Below, in pieces: positions 1-7,000 of a stretch of 64,000 bases of DNA (position 1 is the stretch's first letter; each line of letters begins with the position of its first letter). The notes under the pieces are model-generated. The model was not told the DNA's origin and did not search any database. It was given only the letters and a program-made list of their open reading frames with translations. The position numbers were made by a program, and so were the translations under genes. The DNA comes from Vicinamibacterales bacterium (GTDB lineage Bacteria > Acidobacteriota > Vicinamibacteria > Vicinamibacterales > UBA8438), in assembly GCA_965203565.1 (NCBI GenBank), contig OZ241896.1:876182-940181 (forward strand). Reading direction: 5' to 3'.

Positions 1-1868
1 CCGTACTGGAACGTCAGCGTCTTCGTCCCGCTCCCGCCCGCGTAGCCCGCCTGCCGCGTCGCGCTCCCGATCGTCAGCGCCAGCCGGGGCGTCCCCGTCA
101 CCGTCACCGGGACCTGGAAGCCCACCTCCACCGCGATCGTCTCCCCCGCTCCATACGTGTCCCCGCTCGCCGGACGGCTCGAAAGCGCCACCGAGGTCAC
201 CGCCGGCGCCGGCGCCGTCGCCCCGTTCACCTTGTGGGCCGCCTGATTCGTCAGGCCTGCGTGCGCCAACGTCACTGAGCCGCTGAAGGCCACTCTGAAG
301 CCGGCGTTGTTGTGGGCCAGCGCGTTCGCCCCGATGCTCAGCCCGTCCGCGTCCACGTCCGCCGCCTGCACCACGTACGCGAACGTCAGCGTCTTCGTCC
401 CGTTCCCGCCCAGAAACGCCGCCTGCCGCGTCGCGTTCCCGATCGTCAACGCCAACGTCGGAGCCCCTCCTGCATCTATGCTGAGGGAAACCGGGGCGAA
501 CCCCACCGCCACCTCGATCCGCTCCCCCGCCCCGTACGTATCCCCGCTCACCGGCCGGCTCGCGAGCGTCAGGGACACCACCCGCGCCTCCGGCGCCTGG
601 TACCCGTTCACCTTGTGCCCCGCCGCATTCGCAATCGCATGCGTCCCCAGCCCCGGGATGGCGCTGATCGTCCCCCCGTTCAACGCCAGCGCGCCCGCCC
701 CGATGCTGATCCCGTTCGTGTCCGCGTCCTCGAACTGCACCACGTAGGCGAACGTCAGGGTCGCCGTCCCGCTCCCGCCCGCGTAATCCGCCTGCCGCGT
801 CGCGGTCCCGATCGTCAACGCCAACTGCGGACTCCCCGTCACCGTCACCGCCGCCGTGAACGTCACCGCCGCGCGGATCGTCTCGCCCCGCTTGTACGTG
901 TCCCGACTCTGCTGAGTGATTGGATGGGGCGCCGGACTGCTGCTGATCGCCACCGCGCTGACCGTCGGGGTCGCCGCGGTTCCGTCCACCTTGTGGCCCG
1001 CTTGGTTCGCCAGGGCGTGCGTACCCAACGCCAGCGCCGCGTTCGTCATCGCGGCGCTCCGGATCGTCCCGCCGTTGAGGGCCAGCGCGCCCGCCCCGAT
1101 CGCGATCCCGTCGCTGTCCGCATCGGCCGCCAGCACCGTGTAGCGGAACGTCAGCGTCCGCGTCCCGCTGCCGCTCGCGTACTCCGCCTGTCCCGTACTG
1201 GTTCCGATGGTCAGCGCGAGCCGCGGCGTCCCCGTCACCGTCACCGGAATCTGGAACCCCACCTGCGCCGAGATCGTCTCTCCCGCCCCGTACGTCATCC
1301 CGCTCGCCGGACTGCTGGCGATCGTCACCGCACCGACCGCCGGGGCCGTCGCGGCGCCGTTCACCTTGTGGCCCGCTTGATTCGCCAGGGCGTGCGTGCC
1401 CAACGCCAGCGTCGCGTCGGTCATCGCAGCGCTTTGGAGGGTTCCGCCGTTGAGGGTCAGCGCGCTCGCCCCGATCGCGATCCCGTCGCTGTCCGCATCG
1501 GTCGCCAGCACCGTGTAGCGGAACGTCAGCGTCCGCGTCCCGCTCCCGCTCGCGTACTCCGCCTGCCCCGTACCGGTTCCGATGGTGAGCGCGAGCTGCG
1601 GCGTCCCCGTCGCCGTCACCGCGATCGTGAACCCCACCTGCACCGAGATCGTCTCTCCCGCCCCGTACGTCATCCCGCTCGCCGGACTGCTGGCGATCGT
1701 CACCGCACTCACCGCCGGCGCGGTCTGCGAGAAGGCGGGCGGGACCTGCAGCAGGACCAGAAAGGCGAGGACTCCGAGGCGCCGGGCGGACGTTACTCCC
1801 CCCCCCCCCCCCCGAAGATTCCGGAGCCGTTCCAGCGGTCTTTGCGGCCCTGTGGAATACGCGCGCAT
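1..1868 (-). CDS. Secreted tandem-repeat surface protein (Ig-like beta-sandwich repeats); N-terminus complete, C-terminal part continues past the left window edge
   Basis: Absent from ORF track (no stop inside window). Hand translation of the minus strand from ATG 1868..1866: MRAYSTGPQRPLERLRNLRGGGGGVTSARRLGVLAFLVLLQVPPAFSQTAPAVSAVTIASSPASGMTYGAGETISVQVGF... It has a signal-peptide-like hydrophobic core. There are five copies of a ~123-132-aa repeat (..GTPxLALTIG....QAxY..GSGTxTLTFxY.V..DAD.DGI.IGA.AL.LNGGT...LGTHALANQAGHKVNG). The DNA marker GAACGTCAG recurs at 9, 381, 750, 1146 and 1521. The frame is still open at base 1 (..GTKTLTFQY). Confidence 0.7.
   Translation of the reverse strand, partial: MRAYSTGPQRPLERLRNLRGGGGGVTSARRLGVLAFLVLLQVPPAFSQTAPAVSAVTIASSPASGMTYGAGETISVQVGFTIAVTATGTPQLALTIGTGTGQAEYASGSGTRTLTFRYTVLATDADSDGIAIGASALTLNGGTLQSAAMTDATLALGTHALANQAGHKVNGAATAPAVGAVTIASSPASGMTYGAGETISAQVGFQIPVTVTGTPRLALTIGTSTGQAEYASGSGTRTLTFRYTVLAADADSDGIAIGAGALALNGGTIRSAAMTNAALALGTHALANQAGHKVDGTAATPTVSAVAISSSPAPHPITQQSRDTYKRGETIRAAVTFTAAVTVTGSPQLALTIGTATRQADYAGGSGTATLTFAYVVQFEDADTNGISIGAGALALNGGTISAIPGLGTHAIANAAGHKVNGYQAPEARVVSLTLASRPVSGDTYGAGERIEVAVGFAPVSLSIDAGGAPTLALTIGNATRQAAFLGGNGTKTLTFAYVVQAADVDADGLSIGANALAHNNAGFRVAFSGSVTLAHAGLTNQAAHKVNGATAPAPAVTSVALSSRPASGDTYGAGETIAVEVGFQVPVTVTGTPRLALTIGSATRQAGYAGGSGTKTLTFQY
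1798..1813. repeat. 16-nt homopolymeric C tract (poly-G on the coding strand) inside the 5' end of CDS 1..1868
   Basis: Counted directly: C at 1798-1813, flanked by T1797 and G1814. On the minus strand it encodes RGGGGG between ATG 1868 and the signal-peptide core. No ATG/GTG/TTG lies in frame between the tract and the hydrophobic core. Confidence 0.95.
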
Positions 1869-1923
1869 GGGATCGGGAATTATAAGCGCCTGCGATGCCA
1901 GGCCGGACCGCTCCCGCACGTAG

Positions 1924-1954
1924 TCATTTCCAATTCAGAAATGAGCCTGAAGGC
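1924..1954 (-). repeat. 33-nt motif, copy L (inverted relative to copies at 5825-5891 and 45143-45176); possible IS terminal inverted repeat
   Basis: The reverse complement reads CCTTCAGGCTCATTTCTGAATTGGAAATGACTA. Compare CCCTTCAGGCTCATCTGTCGTTGGAAACAACCTC (5825) and CCGTTCAGGCTCATTTGTCGTTGGAAGAGACTC (5858). Confidence 0.55.
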
Positions 1955-2542
1955 GGGCGGTGATCCGCGCCTGTCAGGCGACCGAACCGACGGGTCGAAA
2001 AGGGGTTCGGCGCGGGCCGCGCTCCGGACGGCCCGACCAGGCGATTATCGCTCATCGTCGTGTGAGTGAGGTTGCCCCGATTCTGCGAACGGGTTGACGC
2101 TTTCGGGTTCAGCTCATGCCGTGGTTTTCGGTGGGAGCACCTCCATGATGCAAGCGCTGTGGACCTGTGGGAATCTCGCGGCCTCGGCGCCGGCTCGATC
2201 GCCAGCGGTCGCCCGCGAGATTTCCAACGGACTGTGGGCGCCCCGTATCCCCGATCTTCCGGATGCATCCCGCTGCGGACCGGGCGTCCATAGGCCGGGC
2301 AGGTCCACAGCGCCCGGCGGCGATACGGGGCGCGGTGTGCGGCCAGGCGGCCGGCCGGCGGTCGCAACACCCGGTCTGCTGGCCCTGTCAGGCAGCCGGG
2401 TCGAGGGAGCGAAACAGCCGCTCGCGCGCGAGGTTGAGGGCGCGCGCGGCCTCGTTGTCGCTGCGGGCCGTGGCGACAGCGTCGAGTGGGTCGAAGGTGG
2501 TTCCGGGCTTGAGGCAGGCGGCGGCGGCGGGCAGCGACTTGG

Positions 2543-2700
2543 CAGCCCGTGGTGGAATCCCGCGTCGCACCGAGAGCGGCGAGGCGCCCGCCTGACAAGG
2601 CGTGAGGAGGGCGCATATTGGGCATACGCAACCGACGAACAACGCCGTCAGGCGGGATGCATCGCTGCTCGAATGCAGCGGAGACTTTCACCACGGGCTG
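2543..2700 (+). mobile_element. 158-bp MITE, copy a (inserted in the transposase pseudogene C-terminal region)
   Basis: Termini CAGCCCGTGGTGG...CACCACGGGCTG. Flanking 4-nt repeats are TTGG (2539-2542) and TTGA (2701-2704). Removing the element plus one repeat (162 nt) joins ..TPYERL to KSLPAAA.. in frame. Confidence 0.85.
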
Positions 2701-3305
2701 TTGAGCCTCTCGTAGGGGGTCATGACGTCCGCGGGGCGATAGCGCTTGCGGATCCGGCCCTGGGCATCGACCTGTTCGCGGGGGAAGAAGCAGGGGCGGT
2801 GGAAGTTGAGGTAGGGGGAGAGGACCTGCTGGGTGAAGGCGTTGACCTGCTCGGCGTAGCGGCTGGGGATGTGGCCGTGGCCGAGATGCTTCCGGAGCAC
2901 GGAGCCGTTCTTTGCTCTCGACCAGCGCATTGTCGTTGAGGACCGGGAGCAGGCAGGCGGCGTGGATGCGCTCGACCGAGCCGATGCACTGGAACTGCGT
3001 GACTTCGTCCACCAGATTCAGATGGTGGAGGCCCTTGATGCCGTCCAAATCGCCCTGATGGACCGTATCGACCCGGACCCAGCCGGGCCGTCCGAACGGC
3101 TGCGGGCGGCGGCGTTCCCCAATCGCGACCTGCGCCGGGCGGGTCGGCTGAGGGATCGCCCCGCGGCGCCGGGCATAGGTCGTCGAGCGTCGCAGGTTGT
3201 ACAGGTGGCTGATCAACGACAATTATTTTGGCCGGTCGTCGAGTGGAAATGGCCACGTGAAAAGGGACCCCCCAGCTTCCGTCAACCGGTCAATCGATAG
3301 CTCAC

Positions 3306-3464
3306 CAGCCCGTGGTGGAAACCCCGCGTCGCACCGAGAGCGGCGAAGCGCCCGCCTGACAAGGCGTGAGGAGGGCGCATATTGGGCATACGCAACCGAC
3401 GAACAACGCAGTCAGGCGGGATGCATCGCTGCTCGAATGCAGCGGGGTCTTTCACCACGGGCTG
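3306..3464 (+). mobile_element. 159-bp MITE, copy b (nested inside the HNH element)
   Basis: Same termini as copy a. A perfect 4-nt flanking repeat TCAC lies at 3302-3305 and 3465-3468. Confidence 0.85.
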
Positions 3465-3713
3465 TCACACCGCTGCGCACGAGCACGCTGCGGGTGGTGC
3501 GGGCCTTTCACTTTTTTCGCAGAAAGTACTTGACAGGATTTTTGTCGTCCCCTGCCGGATCTTTGGAACAGCCCTCAGCATGCCCCTCCGGCGGCCTCAG
3601 CCGCCTTCTGAGAGCCGTACGCCCACCGGAAGGTCGAAAAGCATTGAACGGACCGGGAACGGCCGCCTGAGAGCCGTACAAGCGGCTGAAAAACAAGGGG
3701 TTATCATAGGCGC

Positions 3714-4946
3714 ATGCCCCTCGAAACCACACCGGTTCCGGCCCCGTTTTCGCCTTCCGTCCGCCCTGTCCTTCCTCCGACGGCGCGCACCGCTTCCATT
3801 CCGGACCAACCCGATGCCGATCTCAACCGGTTGGCCGACCGGATCGCCGAACTCTCCGCCCGCATCCAGGCCGCCACCTATGCTCTGCTCGTCCTCATCC
3901 AGCAGTTCGACGAGCAGGGCGGCTGGCGGCCGGGCGGCTTCTCCTCCTGCGCCCACTGGCTGAGCTGGCGCACCGGCCTCGCCCCCGGCGCCGCCCGTGA
4001 GAAGGTGCGCGTCGCCCACGCCCTGGCCAAGTTGCCGCTCATCGGCGCCGCGATGCTGGCGCACGACGCAGCGGCGGCGCAGGGGGCGGATCATCCGACG
4101 TACGTTCCCGCGGGAATGTCTTCGGTCGTCCGACCCACAGCAGCCGGCCGCGCTACGGCAATCCGCCAGCCGGGAAGCGACGACGCGGCAGGCATCGGCG
4201 ACCCGCAGGGTGCGGCTGGCGACTCGGTTGACTCGGCGCCGACGGACATCGTATCGACCGGAGGAGAGCACGTTCCCGCGGGAACGCGCCGGCCGACGGG
4301 AGGCTCCGACGGGTCACATCCCGACGCCGCTGCTCGCGTCGCGCATGGTCAGGCGGTGCTGGAGGACGCCGGCGGGCTGCGCGTCTCCGCGGAAACGGCG
4401 CGCCGGCTGGCGTGTGACGCCGGGCGGGTCGTCATGACCCACGGCGTGGCCGGGCAGGTGCTGGACGTCGGCCGGAAGACGCGCACGATCCCGCCGGCGC
4501 TCCGCCGTGCGCTCGCCGCGCGGGATCGGCGTTGCCGCTTCCCAGGTTGCACGGCCCGGCGGTGCGATGCGCATCACGTCCGGCACTGGGCGCACGGCGG
4601 CGCGACCCGGCTCGACAACCTGGTGCAGCTCTGCCGGCGGCATCACCGGGCCGTGCATGAAGGCGGATTGCGGGTGATGCTCGACGACGCAGGCGCGGTC
4701 CGCTTCACGCGGGCGGACGGCCGGCCGCTGCCGGAGGTTCCGGAACCACCGCGCTGGACGGGGGCGGCGCTGGCGCCGGTGGACGCGCGGCTGGCGGCGG
4801 CGGGGATCGCGATCGGGCCAGGTGCGGCGATGCCGGCGTGGACCGGGGAGCGGCTGGATCTCGGCTGGGCGATGCGCGTGCTGTGGCGTCCGCGCGCGAG
4901 TCCGGCCGGGGCCGCGTCGGACGGGCCGCCGCCTCCGCCGGCGTGA
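3714..4946 (+). CDS. HNH endonuclease, DUF222/13E12-repeat-like (410 aa; central region low-complexity, possibly degenerate)
   Basis: ORF track 3714..4946. The N-terminus (LADRIAELSARIQAATYALLVLIQQFDEQGGWRPGGFSSCAHWLSWRTGLAPGAAREKVRVAHALAKLP) is typical of DUF222. The C-terminus carries LDVGRKTRTIPPALRRALAARDRRCRFPGCTARRCDAHHVRHWAHGGATRLDNLVQLCRRHHRAVH (HNH). Confidence 0.8.
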   Translation: MPLETTPVPAPFSPSVRPVLPPTARTASIPDQPDADLNRLADRIAELSARIQAATYALLVLIQQFDEQGGWRPGGFSSCAHWLSWRTGLAPGAAREKVRVAHALAKLPLIGAAMLAHDAAAAQGADHPTYVPAGMSSVVRPTAAGRATAIRQPGSDDAAGIGDPQGAAGDSVDSAPTDIVSTGGEHVPAGTRRPTGGSDGSHPDAAARVAHGQAVLEDAGGLRVSAETARRLACDAGRVVMTHGVAGQVLDVGRKTRTIPPALRRALAARDRRCRFPGCTARRCDAHHVRHWAHGGATRLDNLVQLCRRHHRAVHEGGLRVMLDDAGAVRFTRADGRPLPEVPEPPRWTGAALAPVDARLAAAGIAIGPGAAMPAWTGERLDLGWAMRVLWRPRASPAGAASDGPPPPPA

Positions 4947-5658
4947 CGCAGTGGTGGGACCGGCGCTGCTCGTCCGCGCGCGGAGGGACCGACGTTTCCG
5001 CCGCCGCCGCCCGTGCCCCGCGGGCGCGCCCCCGGCCCGCTGCTGCCCCGAACTCGCCGCTGGCCGCCCTCGTGACCCCCGGACGGTGTCCGCGAGCCGA
5101 GCAGCCGATCTCAATCCATGGTGAGCTGAACCGGCCAGAATAATTGTCGCCAAGCGGCCAAAGTAGTTGACGCTGAACAGGTGGCCGTTGGAGATCCGGG
5201 CCAGGCGCTCGAAGCGGCCGTCGCCGAACAGGCGCCAGGCGCGCGCACAAAGGGCGCGCGTGGCCGGGCCGGACAGCGTGCCGTGCAGCGCGTCCGTCTC
5301 GGCCAGCAACCCGATGTCGGCGCGGGTGTAGCGGCGGGCGAACGGCCGGCGCGGAGCGCCGCGCCGGTCGGTGACCGCGCCGGTGGTCCGGTGTTGGCGC
5401 AGCAGGCGGGTGACCTGCGCCCGTGACAGACCGGTCGCCCGGCTCAGAAAGCGGCGCAGCAGGCCCTTGTCGGGCTTCCCGCACAGGGCGTAGTCGAACC
5501 GTTGCACGGTCGTGGCCACCAACGCGCAGGCGTCGGCGCGGCGGTGCGGTTGCAGGGCGATCCCCGCGCTTCCGGCCAGGAACTCCCGAACCTGATCCAG
5601 GGTCTGCAGGCGGTGCGTGTCGAGTCTCACGATCATCCTCCGATGATCCGCGACTCGG

Positions 5659-5816
5659 CAGCCCGTGGTGGAATCCCGCGTCGCACCGAGAGCGGCGAGG
5701 CGCCCGCCTGACAAGGCGTGAGGAGGGCGCATATTGGGCATACGCAACCGACGAACAACGCCGTCAGGCGGGATGCATCGCTGCTCGAATGCAGCGGAGA
5801 CTTTCACCACGGGCTG
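5659..5816 (+). mobile_element. 158-bp MITE, copy c (between the transposase start and the putative IS end)
   Basis: Nearly identical to copy a. A perfect flanking repeat TCGG lies at 5655-5658 and 5817-5820. Confidence 0.85.
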
Positions 5817-5824
5817 TCGGCCCC

Positions 5825-5891
5825 CCCTTCAGGCTCATCTGTCGTTGGAAACAACCTCCCGTTCAGGCTCATTTGTCGTTGGAAGAGACTC
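5825..5891 (+). repeat. Two tandem copies of the 33-nt motif (R1 5825-5857, R2 5858-5891); possible duplicated IS right end
   Basis: Read directly. They are inverted relative to copy L at 1924-1954, and together they bracket the transposase pseudogene. Confidence 0.55.
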
Positions 5892-5895
5892 ACGT

Positions 5896-5924
5896 TTGAC
5901 CAGCCGATGGCCGCCTACTAGAAT
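5896..5924 (+). promoter_or_regulatory. Sigma70-like promoter for gap operon: TTGACC-N17-TAGAAT
   Basis: TTGACC at 5896-5901, a 17-nt spacer, then TAGAAT at 5919-5924. It lies 67 nt upstream of the gap ATG and immediately follows motif copy R2. Confidence 0.55.
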
Positions 5925-5990
5925 GAAGCGTTTGTGCGCGCCGTCCGCGCGCACGCACAGGAGGCGCCACTTTTTCCGGAGGCGGCAGGC

Positions 5991-6989
5991 ATGTCGATCA
6001 GGGTCGGGATCAACGGGTTCGGCCGCATCGGACGCAACGTGCTGCGGGCGGCGCTCGACGACGACGCGCTCGAGTTCGCGGCGGTGAACGACGTCGCCAG
6101 CCCGGAGACGCTCGCCCACCTGCTGAAGTACGACTCGGTGCTCGGCAACCTGCCCGACGACGTCTCGGTGGACGGCGACGCGATCCGGGTCGGCCGGCGC
6201 TCGTTCAAGGTGCTGCGCCAGCGCGACCCGGCCGCCCTGCCGTGGGGCGACCTCGGCGTGGAGGTCGTGGTCGAATCGACGGGACTGTTCACCAGGCGGG
6301 ACGCCGCCGCCGGGCATCTGGCGGCGGGCGCCCGGAAGGTCGTCGTCACCGCGCCGGCGAAAGACCCGGACCTGACCGTGGTGCTCGGCGTCAACGACGA
6401 CGCCTACGACCCCGCGGCGCATCGGATCGTCTCGAACGCGTCGTGCACCACGAACTGTCTCGCCCCGGTCGCCAAGGTGCTGCACGACGCCTTCGGGCTC
6501 CGCCGCGGGTGGATGACGACGGTGCACGCCTACACGAACGACCAGCGGCTGCTCGACCTCCCGCACAGCGATCTGCGGCGCGCGCGCGCCGCCGCCGTGT
6601 CGATGATCCCGACCACCACCGGCGCCGCGGCGGCCGTCGGCGAGGTGCTGCCGGAGCTCAGGGGCAAGCTCGACGGGATCGCGATGCGCGTCCCGACCCC
6701 CAACGTGTCGGTGGTCGACCTCGTCGCCCAGATCGAGCGTCCCGCGGCCGCGGAGGCGGTGAATCAGGCGTTCGCCGCCGCCGAGGCCGGGCGGATGAAG
6801 GGGATCCTCCACCTGTCGCACGACCCGCTGGTCTCCATCGACTTCCGCGGCGACCCCCATTCGTCGATCGTGGACGCCGCGTACACGCGGGTGATGGACG
6901 GCGACTTCGTCAAGGTCCTCTCCTGGTACGACAACGAGTGGGGATACTCGTCCCGGTGCGTCGATCTCGTGAAGATCCTCGGAGCTTGA
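5991..6989 (+). CDS. gap: Glyceraldehyde-3-phosphate dehydrogenase
   Basis: [22 protein letters not shown]..., [12 protein letters not shown] active site, [14 protein letters not shown] lies 9 nt upstream of ATG 5991 (in frame within track ORF 5934..6989). Confidence 0.93.
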   Translation: MSIRVGINGFGRIGRNVLRAALDDDALEFAAVNDVASPETLAHLLKYDSVLGNLPDDVSVDGDAIRVGRRSFKVLRQRDPAALPWGDLGVEVVVESTGLFTRRDAAAGHLAAGARKVVVTAPAKDPDLTVVLGVNDDAYDPAAHRIVSNASCTTNCLAPVAKVLHDAFGLRRGWMTTVHAYTNDQRLLDLPHSDLRRARAAAVSMIPTTTGAAAAVGEVLPELRGKLDGIAMRVPTPNVSVVDLVAQIERPAAAEAVNQAFAAAEAGRMKGILHLSHDPLVSIDFRGDPHSSIVDAAYTRVMDGDFVKVLSWYDNEWGYSSRCVDLVKILGA

Positions 6990-7000
6990 CGGCCCGTGGC

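Larger units (their letters stand above)
3210..5176 (+). mobile_element. 1,967-bp IR-bounded element carrying an HNH (DUF222/13E12-like) gene, inserted in the transposase pseudogene
   Basis: An 8-bp direct repeat CAGGTGGC lies at 3202-3209 and 5177-5184. Inverted repeats are CGACAATTATTTTGGCCGG (3217-3235) and CCGGCCAGAATAATTGTCG (5130-5148), matching 18/19. A second degenerate IR copy lies at 5154-5169. Deleting the element plus one repeat restores ..ISNGHL-YNLRRS.. in frame. Confidence 0.75.
2388..5636 (-). pseudogene. DDE/rve-type integrase-transposase pseudogene, broken by two insertions, a 1-nt frameshift and an apparent internal deletion
   Basis: Minus-strand reading, N-terminal part 5636..5185: MIVRLDTHRLQTLDQVREFLAGS...FERLARISNGHL. 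It resumes at 3201..2705: YNLRRSTTYARRRG...GWVRVDTVHQGDLDGIKGLHHLNLVDEVTQFQCIGSVERIHAACLLPVL/NDNALVESK, then an extra A shifts the frame to NGSVLRKHLGHGHIPSRYAEQVNAFTQQVLSPYLNFHRPCFF...MTPYERL. The tail at 2538..2388 reads KSLPAAAACLKPGTTFDPLDAVATARSDNEAARALNLARERLFRSLDPAA*. The segment expected between LLPVL and NDNALVE (second catalytic Asp region of rve enzymes, from memory) is missing. Confidence 0.75.

Noticed and set aside
312-2069. 585-aa plus-strand ORF over the left edge
   Set aside because: It is an Arg-rich antisense artefact of the minus-strand repeat protein (1..1868). That minus frame gives a signal peptide and coherent beta-sandwich repeats.
2543-2700. The 158-nt repeat considered as a riboswitch, retron ncRNA or omega/HEARO-like guide RNA
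   Set aside because: Target-site duplications, in-frame restoration of a disrupted ORF after excision, a whole-element palindrome and occurrence in unrelated contexts all fit a MITE better. No adjacent IscB/TnpB/RT gene is present. An RNA role is still not excluded (see finding).
3530-3558. TTGACA hexamer at 3530-3535 as promoter of the HNH gene
   Set aside because: No acceptable -10 hexamer lies at 16-19 nt spacing (TGCCGG at the expected position).
1924-5810. Track ORFs 1924..3222(-) and 4314..5810(-) taken as intact genes
   Set aside because: They are chimeras that read through MITE copies and junk between fragments of one transposase gene. Only parts of them (listed under the pseudogene) are genuine coding remnants.
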